Assembly (NCBI GenBank): GCA_963825135.1
Contig: CAWGRW010000009.1
Span: 1,056,001 to 1,120,000, forward strand
From: an uncultured bacterium
GTDB lineage: Bacteria; Desulfobacterota_D; UBA1144; Nemesobacterales; UBA2774
Length of the DNA stretch: 64,000 bases
Reading direction: 5' to 3'
The notes under the pieces are model-generated. The model saw only the letters and a program-made list of their open reading frames with translations, was not told the origin of the DNA and did no database searches. Position 1 is the first letter of the stretch, and each line of letters begins with the position of its first letter. Positions 55,642 through 64,000 of this stretch are shown here, in pieces. The position numbers were made by a program, and so were the translations under genes.

Positions 55642-57255
55642 TTATTTAGCCGGATCGTCCTTATCCGCCCCATTCTCCTCGAAATACACGTATTTAAATA
55701 TGATGAGGTCGAGCGGGTTCGGCGTTAGACCCTTTACATATGGCTTTATCATATTCTGCTGGTTAGATGTATAGAACGGCGCGACGGGCGCGTCTTTCTC
55801 GAGGAGTATCGTCTGAGCCTGGTCGTAGAGGGCCTTCCTCTTTTCCGGGTCGAGCTCCTTCGCGGCCTTCTCCACGAGGGCGTCGTACTCCCTGTTGCAC
55901 CACCTGGTCCTGTTGTTTCCCGATATGCACGTGAATATGGACATGAAGTTGTGGGGGTCGGGGAAATCCGCCCCCCAGCTGGCCTTGTGGATCTCGGGAG
56001 GGTCCGTGTTTATCGTGCTCAGGTACACCTTCCACTCCTGGTTCATGAGTTCGACCTCGATACCGAGGTACTGTTTCCACATGCTCTGGAGCGCCTCCGC
56101 GACGACCCTGTTGTTGCTCACGTCCGGCCACAGGAACGTGACCGTCGGAAACCCCTTCCCGCCCGGGTATCCGGCCTCCTTGAGCCACTCCCTCGCCTGC
56201 TCAGGGTTAAACTCTATGCCTATGTCGGGGTTGTATCCGAGCATATTCTTCGGTATCCACGATGTCGTCGTAAAGCCCGCTCCCTGTATGATATTGACTA
56301 TGCTCTGCCTGTCTATGGACGCTGCGAACGCCTTCCTGACGAGCGGATTGTCGAATGGCGGCTTCTCGACGTTAAACGCGATGTAATTAACCCTGAACTG
56401 AAGAGTGGTCGTAAAATCCGGCAGGTCTTTTAACCTCGGCACCTCGAGGGGAGGGATACTCTTGCTGTCGGCGTAATCGAGCTCCCCGCTCTCGTACTGC
56501 GCTAAAGCCGAGGAAGGGTTCTCGTTCATGATGAGTCTGACCTTCGCGATCCTTGGCTTCTCCCCCCAGTAGCCGGAGTTCTCCGTGAGGATTATGTTGT
56601 CGTGGTGCCTCCACGACGTGAGGGTATAGGGGCCCATCGTGACGATGTTTCCGGGCTCGGTCCATTCGAGCCCGTATTTCTCGATGACGTCCTTTCTCTC
56701 GGGGAACGTCGTTATGAACGCGAGCATGCTCGGGAAGTAGGACGCGGGCCTTTTCAGCCTGACCTCCAGCGTCCGGTCGTCGAGCGCTCTTACCCCGACC
56801 GTATCCGGGTCCTTGAGCTTTCCGGTGTTATACTCCTCCGCGTTTTCCAGGTCGTATAGGGAATACGCATAGTCGCCGCCCGTTTCCGGATTCAGTATCC
56901 TTTTCCAGGCATACTCGAAATCCCCCGCCGTGAGCGGCTTCCCGTCCGACCATTTGACCCCTTCCCTGATTTTAAACGTATACGTCTTCCCGTCCTCGCT
57001 CAGCCGCCAGCTTTCGGCGAGATTGGGTTCGGGGGTGAAGTCCTCGCCGAACTTTGTAAGCCCTTCCATGATGTTGTTGATGACCATAATGGACGTACCG
57101 TCCGTGGCGAGGGACCAGTCGAGCGAAGGAGGCTCGCTCCCGAGGTTTACGTTGAGCGTATCTCTCGGAGCGCCGCCGTTTCCACCCTCATTGTTGTTCC
57201 CGCAGGCTGTAATAAGAAAAAAACAGATAGTTATAAGAAAGAACCCCGCGCGCAT
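55642..57255 (-). CDS. Oligopeptide ABC transporter substrate-binding lipoprotein (OppA-like)
   Basis: Lipobox ITAC, 'EPPSLD', 'KWSDGKPLTAGDF', 'GPYTL..W', 'WGADFPDP'. Confidence 0.9.
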   Translation of the reverse strand: MRAGFFLITICFFLITACGNNNEGGNGGAPRDTLNVNLGSEPPSLDWSLATDGTSIMVINNIMEGLTKFGEDFTPEPNLAESWRLSEDGKTYTFKIREGVKWSDGKPLTAGDFEYAWKRILNPETGGDYAYSLYDLENAEEYNTGKLKDPDTVGVRALDDRTLEVRLKRPASYFPSMLAFITTFPERKDVIEKYGLEWTEPGNIVTMGPYTLTSWRHHDNIILTENSGYWGEKPRIAKVRLIMNENPSSALAQYESGELDYADSKSIPPLEVPRLKDLPDFTTTLQFRVNYIAFNVEKPPFDNPLVRKAFAASIDRQSIVNIIQGAGFTTTSWIPKNMLGYNPDIGIEFNPEQAREWLKEAGYPGGKGFPTVTFLWPDVSNNRVVAEALQSMWKQYLGIEVELMNQEWKVYLSTINTDPPEIHKASWGADFPDPHNFMSIFTCISGNNRTRWCNREYDALVEKAAKELDPEKRKALYDQAQTILLEKDAPVAPFYTSNQQNMIKPYVKGLTPNPLDLIIFKYVYFEENGADKDDPAK

Positions 57256-57302
57256 GGGTTTTATCTTAAAGGATGGGTCCCTTCGTGTCCAATCTGCGCG
57301 GG

Positions 57303-57605
57303 TCAGGCGATAACGCTCTCCCCGGAGACCTCGTACGCGACGACACTTTCAGGCCCCTCGATCAGGTCCGGGAATGCTTTTTCGAAATCCCTGAAGTGCG
57401 GCATCTCGAAATGAAGGTCGAGGTCCCGCCTGCTCCTCCACTTCTCGTAGAACGTAAACGAATCCGGGTCGTAAGGGTCCTGGAGGAATTCGTAAACGAT
57501 GCACCCTTCCTCGCCCCTCGAGGGCCCGAGCATCCCCTTCGACATCTCCATCATCTGCTTCCGGCGCTCGGGTTTGGTCCTGAATTTCGCGATTAATATA
57601 AGCAT
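57303..57605 (-). CDS. Antibiotic biosynthesis monooxygenase (YgiN/LsrG-like)
   Basis: 'SRGEEGCIVY', 'FYEKW….LDLH…PHF'. Confidence 0.85.
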   Translation of the reverse strand: MLILIAKFRTKPERRKQMMEMSKGMLGPSRGEEGCIVYEFLQDPYDPDSFTFYEKWRSRRDLDLHFEMPHFRDFEKAFPDLIEGPESVVAYEVSGESVIA

Positions 57606-57712
57606 ATATCCCCCTTTACAAACCTGATGAAAAATCGTAGTATAGGCTTTGCAAAAATAGTTTTCAAGCCCGTTTCAAGGGGAATCGGAGCAGTCGTTCC
57701 GGGAGAAGCAAG

Positions 57713-58096
57713 ATGTCGGACGAAAAATATAAGCGCGGACTCGAGAAACTCGAAGAGATTTCTCCCGGGGCCGGGACGAGGACAGCCGAAAGCCTCAACG
57801 ACATAGCGCCCGACATGGTGCGGTATATGATGGAATTCGTCTTCGGCGAGATTTCGTCGAGACCGGGCCTCGATATGAAGTCCCGCGAGATCACGGCAGT
57901 CGCCGCCCTCGCCGCCCTCGGCACTGCGCCTAACCAGTTGAAGATTCATATAAAGGGCGCGCTCAACTGCGGCTGCTCCCGGGACGAGGTGGTGGAGGTG
58001 CTTATTCAGGTCCTGGTCTATGCCGGTTTTCCCGCTACACTTAACGGTCTCCGGTTGGCCAAAGAAGCGTTTCAGGAGATAGACGGAAAATCCTGA
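57713..58096 (+). CDS. Carboxymuconolactone decarboxylase family protein
   Basis: 'FGEISSRPGLD.KSRE', 'QLKIHIKGALN.G', 'YAGFPA'. Confidence 0.9.
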   Translation: MSDEKYKRGLEKLEEISPGAGTRTAESLNDIAPDMVRYMMEFVFGEISSRPGLDMKSREITAVAALAALGTAPNQLKIHIKGALNCGCSRDEVVEVLIQVLVYAGFPATLNGLRLAKEAFQEIDGKS

Positions 58097-58144
58097 CCCT
58101 CATTTTTTCCCGTGGGCGGTTAATATTTTGCCTTCCTTTTTAAT

Positions 58145-59509
58145 CTAACTCTTTTCCGAGAGAAGCCTCTCCTCTATTTCCTCGAGGCTCAGCCCCTTCG
58201 TTTCAGGCACAAGGCGCCATACGAACACGATCCCCAGGAGGCTCACGACAGCGTATAACCAGTATGTGAAAGCCGCCCCCGCAGCCTCGAACAGAGGCAG
58301 AAATGAAAACGAGACTATGAGGTTCGCCCCCCAGCTCGACATCGTGGCTATGCTCACCGCCCGCCCCCTCACGTTGAGCGGGAATATTTCCGTCATTATA
58401 ATCCAGGGAACAGGCCCCATCGAGAACGCGAAGCACGCGATGTAAAACCACACCGCGATCACTGTCGCTCCCCCGGTCCCGATACCGCCGTCCGAGCTGC
58501 CGGCCGCGAATATGCCGCCTATCGCCGTTAGCGCGATGAGCATGCCTCCCAAGCCCGCGTAGAGGAGCGGCTTTCTTCCGACCCTGTCAATTAGCCATAC
58601 GGCGATGAAGGTCGCGAGCACGTTCACCACCCCCACGCTCACTGTCGCGAGGATAGCGGTATCGGGCGATTTCATGCCCGCCTCCCTGAACAGGGAAGGC
58701 GCATAATACATCACAGTATTTATTCCGACGAACTGCTGTACGAGGAAAAGCCCTATGCCAGTGACGAGCGCCCGGCTTACGGGCGGTTTCAGCATATCCG
58801 CGAGCCCGCCTTTCGATTCCATGGATATCACTTTCCGTATCTCGTTCAGTTCCGCATCCGCGAGTGATGTATCCCCGCCGCACGTTTTTAAAAGTACGTC
58901 TTTCGCTTCTCCGTACCTGCCCATCTTTATGAGCCACCTGGGGCTGTGCGGAAGTATGAACATTCCGAAAAGCAGTATTAACGCGGGGACCGTGCTTGTC
59001 CCGAGCATGAGTCTCCAGTAGCCCGAGCTCGTGAGTGTCCGGTCGACAAAATATCCGAGCAGGATGCCTATCGTGATCGCCAGCTGAAATAATGTGACGA
59101 GCCTCCCCCTGTCGGAGGCGGGGGATATCTCGGCGATGTATAGAGGAGCCGACGCTGAAACCGCACCCAGCGCGAGTCCGAGGACGAACCTCGAGGCGAG
59201 AAGCGCGCCCGCGGAAGGGGATAATGCCGACGCGGCCGCCCCGGCTACAAAGATGAGAGCGGCCCCCTGGACCATTAGCTTTCTCCCGAGCCTGTCGGCG
59301 AGGATGCCGTTTATGAGCGCCCCGAGGATCCCCCCGACCAGCACAATTGAAATGACGGTCCCTTTTCCTACGATGTCCAGACTAAACGCGTCCGCGATAA
59401 AGCCGAGCGCCCCGCTGATCGACCCGGTGTCATATCCCAGCAGGAGGCCCGCAAGCGCCGCAATGGCTGATGTGAATAATACGATTCGGCTCTTGTTGCC
59501 GGGAGTCAT
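58145..59509 (-). CDS. Sugar porter family MFS transporter
   Basis: 'GYDTG', 'DRLGRK', 'PHSPRWL', 'QQFVGIN..MYY', 'PETKGLSLEEI'. Confidence 0.92.
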   Translation of the reverse strand: MTPGNKSRIVLFTSAIAALAGLLLGYDTGSISGALGFIADAFSLDIVGKGTVISIVLVGGILGALINGILADRLGRKLMVQGAALIFVAGAAASALSPSAGALLASRFVLGLALGAVSASAPLYIAEISPASDRGRLVTLFQLAITIGILLGYFVDRTLTSSGYWRLMLGTSTVPALILLFGMFILPHSPRWLIKMGRYGEAKDVLLKTCGGDTSLADAELNEIRKVISMESKGGLADMLKPPVSRALVTGIGLFLVQQFVGINTVMYYAPSLFREAGMKSPDTAILATVSVGVVNVLATFIAVWLIDRVGRKPLLYAGLGGMLIALTAIGGIFAAGSSDGGIGTGGATVIAVWFYIACFAFSMGPVPWIIMTEIFPLNVRGRAVSIATMSSWGANLIVSFSFLPLFEAAGAAFTYWLYAVVSLLGIVFVWRLVPETKGLSLEEIEERLLSEKS

Positions 59510-59743
59510 AAAGATAGGGGATACTTTCAGATTGAATTTGATCGATGCGCTCTAAAGACGAACACATTATATGTAGGTTTTGATGTGATTGCCAGAGTAC
59601 ATGATATAATAAAACTCCGGATATTGATGTCGGTTCGAATCAATATCGGTCTGATACGAATTATTATCTGTAATCATTAATACAGTTTTGTTATAATCGT
59701 ATATAGCCTTTCCATTTAAAATTTTCTGTACGAGGAGATACGC

Positions 59744-60319
59744 ATGAGAGCGAGCTTGCTTCTTTTTTCAATTCTTTTTTCTATGCTGTCGTTTTACGGA
59801 TGCGCCAAGCCCCAGGGCAACACCCCCGTGTCCCAGAGGGCTTACATTCTCCAGATGAGGGATAATACCCTCGCCGAGATTTATCAAAAAAGCCCGTATG
59901 TAGAGGACCTCGTGCAGCATGCCGTCGGGTACGGGGTGTTCAGTAACATCAACACGCAGCTCCTGGTGTTCGGATCGGGCAACGGATACGGCGTGATAAC
60001 CGAAAATGGAAGCGGTAAAACGACTTATATGAGGATGGCCGAGGGCGGAGTAGGACTCGGAGTGGCCCTTACGGATTTCAGGGAGCTGATAATTTTCAAC
60101 AACAAGTCGGTACTCAGACAGTTCATAAGCAAAGGGTGGGACTTCGGCGTACAGGGAGACGCGGTGTTGAAGTCAAAGACGAAGGGTGCGGCCGCGAGCG
60201 GTTCTGTGCCTTTCAACTCGGATATCATTATTTACCAGCTTACAAAGCAGGGCATTGCGCTCCGTACGAACGTCGGCGCGGAGAAGTACTGGATCGACAG
60301 CGACCTCAATTATTATTGA
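59744..60319 (+). CDS. YSC84/SYLF-related lipoprotein
   Basis: Lipobox FYGC, 'AVGYGVF', 'GNGYGV', 'GGVGLGVA'. Confidence 0.75.
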   Translation: MRASLLLFSILFSMLSFYGCAKPQGNTPVSQRAYILQMRDNTLAEIYQKSPYVEDLVQHAVGYGVFSNINTQLLVFGSGNGYGVITENGSGKTTYMRMAEGGVGLGVALTDFRELIIFNNKSVLRQFISKGWDFGVQGDAVLKSKTKGAAASGSVPFNSDIIIYQLTKQGIALRTNVGAEKYWIDSDLNYY

Positions 60320-60348
60320 ACACTGCCCGTATCCGGCCGCCGCATTAT

Positions 60349-60924
60349 ATGAGCGATAGAATAATACTGGCTTCTTCCTCGCCCCGGCGTAAAGAGCTCT
60401 TGGCCGCGCTCGGTCTCGCGTTCGATGTAATACACCCGGCTTCCGATGAAACCGTCTTCGGGAACGAATCCCCCGAAGATTTCGTCCTCAGGGTCTCAGC
60501 CGATAAGGCGTCGTCCGTATCGGGGAGTCTCGGAGAAGGGGTTATCGTCATCGGGGCCGATACCATCGTCGTCGTCGACGGCGAGATTCTCGGCAAGCCC
60601 GGAGACCCGAAGGAGGCTTCCCTGATGCTGCGGAAGCTCTCGGGAAAGGAGCATCACGTATATACGGCTTTCTCGATCGTGAGGCCAAAAAATGAACTCC
60701 TGCACAGCGAGATAGTGGACACCCGGGTCCGGGTGAAAACCCTTGCGGCTTCCGAAATAGAAGGTTACATTAAGACCGGAGAGCCCATGGATAAAGCCGG
60801 AGCCTACGGAATACAGGGCAAAGGCTCATTCATGGTCACGGCTATCGAAGGCTCATATTCGAACGTGGTCGGTCTTCCGGTGGAGGAGCTCATCGCGGCC
60901 TTACAAAAACTCGGAATCGTTTAG
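60349..60924 (+). CDS. maf: Maf-family nucleotide pyrophosphatase
   Basis: 'ILASSSPRRKELL', 'GADTIV', 'DKAGAYGIQG', 'NVVGLP'. Start at ATG 60349. Confidence 0.92.
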   Translation: MSDRIILASSSPRRKELLAALGLAFDVIHPASDETVFGNESPEDFVLRVSADKASSVSGSLGEGVIVIGADTIVVVDGEILGKPGDPKEASLMLRKLSGKEHHVYTAFSIVRPKNELLHSEIVDTRVRVKTLAASEIEGYIKTGEPMDKAGAYGIQGKGSFMVTAIEGSYSNVVGLPVEELIAALQKLGIV

Positions 60925-60937
60925 TTATACTCACAGT

Positions 60938-61627
60938 ATGGATTTGGCAGGCAGTCTCAGGTCCGTTATCGAACGGATAGAAAAAACGGCTGAGGGAACG
61001 GGAAGGGATGCGAGTGAGGTAAAGCTCGTTGCCGTTACCAAAGGGGTTGAGCCCGGGCGCGTTATAGAAGCGATAAGAGCGGGCCAGCTGGCTTTCGGCG
61101 AGAATTACGCGCAGGAATTCAGGCTTAAAAAGGAAGTTGTCGGCAAGGCTGTAAACGGGGATGTCGAGTGGCACTTCATAGGGCGGCTTCAGAGGAACAA
61201 GGTTAAATACCTGATAGGCGAAGCAGCGCTGATCCACTCCCTGGATTCCCTCTCTGTAGCGCGCGAGATCGAGAAGAAGGCAGCGAGCCATGGAATTACA
61301 GTACCGGCGCTCATCGAGGTGGATACGGGCGGGGAGGAAACGAAGGGCGGAGTGAGGTTAGAGAAGCTCGAAGGTTTTCTCAAAAGTCTCGAAGAGTTTC
61401 CCTCGATCGAGGTCCGCGGGCTCATGACGATGCCCCCTTATTTCGACGATCCGGAGCGTGCCCGCCCCTATTTCAGGGCGCTCAGGGAGACGCGCGATAA
61501 GCTCAAGACAGAGTATCCGGGGTTGGTTGAGCTTTCGATGGGCATGAGCGGTGATTTCGAGGCCGCTATCGAGGAGGGCGCTACTTTAGTCAGGGTCGGC
61601 ACGGCTATTTTCGGTCCCAGGGACTGA
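60938..61627 (+). CDS. yggS: PLP homeostasis protein
   Basis: 'LVAVTK', 'FGENYAQE', 'WHFIGRLQRNK', 'LSMGMSGD', 'VRVGTAIFG'. Confidence 0.95.
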   Translation: MDLAGSLRSVIERIEKTAEGTGRDASEVKLVAVTKGVEPGRVIEAIRAGQLAFGENYAQEFRLKKEVVGKAVNGDVEWHFIGRLQRNKVKYLIGEAALIHSLDSLSVAREIEKKAASHGITVPALIEVDTGGEETKGGVRLEKLEGFLKSLEEFPSIEVRGLMTMPPYFDDPERARPYFRALRETRDKLKTEYPGLVELSMGMSGDFEAAIEEGATLVRVGTAIFGPRD

Positions 61628-61652
61628 TAACCCTCGAGAGGTGCGTATCAAT

Positions 61653-62468
61653 ATGGCAAAGATTGGGTTCATAGGCGGCGGAAACATGGCGGAGGCTCTT
61701 ATCAAGGGTCTTATATCGTCCGGGGTATATAAAAAGGGCGACATTCTTGTAAGCGATAACGTTAAAAAGAGACTCGACCACCTGAAGTCCGCCTACGGGG
61801 TCGCCGTGACCCGCGACAATAAAGACCTCGCCGCTAGATCCGATCTCGTGGTCCTGGCCGTTAAACCGAACACCGTACGGAAGGCCGTAAACGAAATAAG
61901 GACTAAAATCACTGCAAAAAAGATACTGGTTTCCATCGCTGCCGGCATCCCGACTTCACTAATATCCGGCGTCCTTAAAAAGAAGGCTAAGTTAGTCCGG
62001 GTCATGCCCAATACCCCCGCCCTCGTCCTCGCCGGAGCGTCGGCGTTATTTTGCGGCCCCGGTCTGAGCGATGAAGAGCGGGAGCGGGTAATGAGGATTT
62101 TTAAATCAGTCGGCATAGCTCACATCGTCGAAGACGAGAGGCTCCTCGATGCGGTCACGGGGCTAAGCGGCAGCGGTCCCGCATTCGTATCCATGTTCAT
62201 CGAGGCGTTATCTGACGGCGGCGTGAAAATGGGTCTTCCGAGAGACGCCGCGCTCAAGCTCGCGGCCCAGACGGTTTACGGCACGGCAAAAATGATTATC
62301 GAGGAAATGTCCCATCCCGCGGTGCTCAAGGACAAGGTCGCGTCCCCCGGAGGCACTACGATAGAGGGCATACACAAGCTCGAAGCAGGCGGGTTCAGGG
62401 CGAACGTCATTTCCGCCGTAGAGGCGGCCGCAAATCGTTCGAAGCAGCTATCCAGGGAGGATAAATAA
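61653..62468 (+). CDS. proC: Pyrroline-5-carboxylate reductase
   Basis: 'GFIGGGNMAEA', 'RVMPNTP', 'GLSGSGPA', 'SPGGTT'. Confidence 0.95.
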   Translation: MAKIGFIGGGNMAEALIKGLISSGVYKKGDILVSDNVKKRLDHLKSAYGVAVTRDNKDLAARSDLVVLAVKPNTVRKAVNEIRTKITAKKILVSIAAGIPTSLISGVLKKKAKLVRVMPNTPALVLAGASALFCGPGLSDEERERVMRIFKSVGIAHIVEDERLLDAVTGLSGSGPAFVSMFIEALSDGGVKMGLPRDAALKLAAQTVYGTAKMIIEEMSHPAVLKDKVASPGGTTIEGIHKLEAGGFRANVISAVEAAANRSKQLSREDK

Positions 62469-62776
62469 TGTTTGTTGTCGCGAACCTCGTAATCGGCGTA
62501 GGGCAGGCACTTCATTACATATTGAATATTTACCTCTTTATCGTAGTCGCCAGGGCCATAATCTCATGGGTGAACCCCGATCCTTATAATCCGATTGTAA
62601 GGTTCTTATACATGGCTACCGAGCCTGTGCTAAGGTACGTGAGAAGGATGATGCCTGTAATAAGCGGCATAGATTTTTCCCCGATAATAGTGATGGTTGC
62701 CCTGTTTTTTATCGACCAGGCGCTGATCCAGTCCATCATCGATTACGGTGTCAGATTGAAAGCGGGTATGCCGTAA
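62468..62776 (+). CDS. yggT: YggT family membrane protein
   Basis: 'ISWVNPDPYNPIVRFL…TEP', 'IDFSPI'. Confidence 0.92.
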   Translation: MFVVANLVIGVGQALHYILNIYLFIVVARAIISWVNPDPYNPIVRFLYMATEPVLRYVRRMMPVISGIDFSPIIVMVALFFIDQALIQSIIDYGVRLKAGMP

Positions 62777-62784
62777 ACGGCCTG

Positions 62785-63069
62785 ATGAAAGAAGCCCCTC
62801 TAACCATAACGGTTCAGGTCCAGCCGAGGTCGTCGCGCGACGAGATCGTCGGCATCCACGAAGGCAGGCTGAAAATCAGGATATCGGCCCCCCCGGTCGA
62901 CGGCCAATCCAACGAGCGCCTGACCGAGGTTCTCGCCAAGGCGTTCGGGGTATCGAAATCGAGTGTCGAGATAGTAAAAGGTCGCCACTCGAGGGTAAAA
63001 ACGATTAGAATATCGGGTATCGGCATGGAAGATTACGACACGCTCGTATCGAAACTCGGCGGCGCGTAG
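62785..63069 (+). CDS. yggU: DUF167/YggU family protein
   Basis: 'VQPRSSR', 'LKIRISAPPVDG.SN', 'G.HSR.K'. Confidence 0.9.
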   Translation: MKEAPLTITVQVQPRSSRDEIVGIHEGRLKIRISAPPVDGQSNERLTEVLAKAFGVSKSSVEIVKGRHSRVKTIRISGIGMEDYDTLVSKLGGA

Positions 63070-63100
63070 AACCTCCTGAGCCAGTACCGGAGCGAAAGAG

Positions 63101-63880
63101 ATGCCTGAAATTACAATCGGCGGAAACAGGATAAATTATATAGAAGGCGATATGACCGACCCTGCGCGCCCGACTGTGTTGATGATACACGGCGCCGGGC
63201 AGAGGGTCGCCACGTGGAAACGCCAGCTGGAGCTCCTGAAAAACCACCCTGATTTTAACCTGATAATCCCCGACCTGCCCGGACACGGCGCGTCGGAAGG
63301 TGAAGGCTCGAGGGACATAGCCGGGTATGAGGGCTTTATCGAGGAGTTCTCCGGCGAGCTGGGATTGCGTAAAATTATTCCGGTCGGTCATTCGATGGGC
63401 GGCGGCGTGGCGATGGTTTATGCGCTCGACCACCCGGAAACGGTAATAGCCTCTGTCCTTGTCGGCACCGGCGCCAGGATGCGCGTAGCCGGGGAGACGC
63501 TCAAGACCGTAAAAAACAACTATGAGCTGTTCTGCGACGTAGCGCCTTCGAGAATGATCGCCCCGGGCTCCCCGGAAGAGATCAGGAAGGAATTCAGGGA
63601 AGGCCTGCTCGATACCTCGCCCGATGTGTGCTACTGGGACCTGGTCGCTTGCGACGAGTTCGATATCATGGACAGGGTGCGCGAAATAAAATCGCCCGCG
63701 TGCATCATCTCGGCCGAGCTGGATATCCTGACACCGCCCAAGTACGGGGAGCATCTAAGGAGCTCTATCGGGGGCTCGTCCTACCATCTGATTGGCGGCG
63801 CGGGACACTTCATGATGCAGGAGAGACCCCTCGAATTCAACCGGATATTGTCCTCTTTCTTAATGACGCTCGGGTCTTAG
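63101..63880 (+). CDS. Alpha/beta hydrolase
   Basis: 'IHGAG', 'DLPGHG', 'GHSMGG' nucleophile elbow, 'AGH'. Confidence 0.9.
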   Translation: MPEITIGGNRINYIEGDMTDPARPTVLMIHGAGQRVATWKRQLELLKNHPDFNLIIPDLPGHGASEGEGSRDIAGYEGFIEEFSGELGLRKIIPVGHSMGGGVAMVYALDHPETVIASVLVGTGARMRVAGETLKTVKNNYELFCDVAPSRMIAPGSPEEIRKEFREGLLDTSPDVCYWDLVACDEFDIMDRVREIKSPACIISAELDILTPPKYGEHLRSSIGGSSYHLIGGAGHFMMQERPLEFNRILSSFLMTLGS

Positions 63881-64000
63881 AATAGCAATGAATCCTTAGG
63901 CCCCCTAAATTCATCTATTGAAAATAAGCCCCTCTATATTTATATTAAATCATTAAGGGGGCGGATGGGCAGAGCGTCCCTTTTGATTAAATAAATCAGG

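Noticed and set aside
59624..59643. FNR box
   Set aside because: Half-sites are 10 bp apart, not the 4 bp FNR requires.
62468..63069. No divIVA between yggT and yggU
   Set aside because: The yggS-proC-yggT-yggU order without divIVA is common in diderms and not notable alone.
52106..63754. ORFs of 228-249 aa at 52106, 53663 and 63005
   Set aside because: Antisense to btuB, an LLM gene and the hydrolase. Expected from codon bias at this GC content.

Overview
Ordinary chromosomal window (about 60 genes) from a diderm bacterium with a deltaproteobacteria-like gene layout. Candidatus Dadabacteria/Desulfobacterota-like is my inference, not proven. I found no integrase, transposase, prophage, CRISPR array or rRNA. 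Contents, in order: gspN-like (partial), pheA, a phoBR/phosphate-porin/metallophosphoesterase/second-porin block with visible 11-bp-period Pho boxes, purH, mlaD, an IPTL-CTERM-type protein next to tRNA-Gly(CCC), a murQ-anmK-nagZ-Na+:solute symporter peptidoglycan recycling cluster, and an orphan nuoI. Then comes a co-oriented five-gene run (AccA-AccD fusion in the unusual alpha-beta order, FAD oxidoreductase with a fused membrane domain, a stand-alone paralog of that domain, ABC exporter, GT2). The rest is housekeeping (iscA, mazG, apgM, lipA, sppA, rpsA, cmk, aroA, fabH), a cobalamin-riboswitch-controlled btuB/lipoprotein/btuF-F-D-C uptake operon, three luciferase-like monooxygenases and maf-yggS-proC-yggT-yggU. 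The best candidates for undescribed biology are (1) the 20.8-27.9 kb carboxyltransferase/oxidoreductase/twin membrane domain/exporter/GT2 module, (2) a 19-codon uORF that appears to relay cobalamin-riboswitch control to btuB through a GTGA overlap, and (3) an SSS transporter as the likely importer for peptidoglycan recycling. All product calls come from motif recognition by eye; no database search was run.
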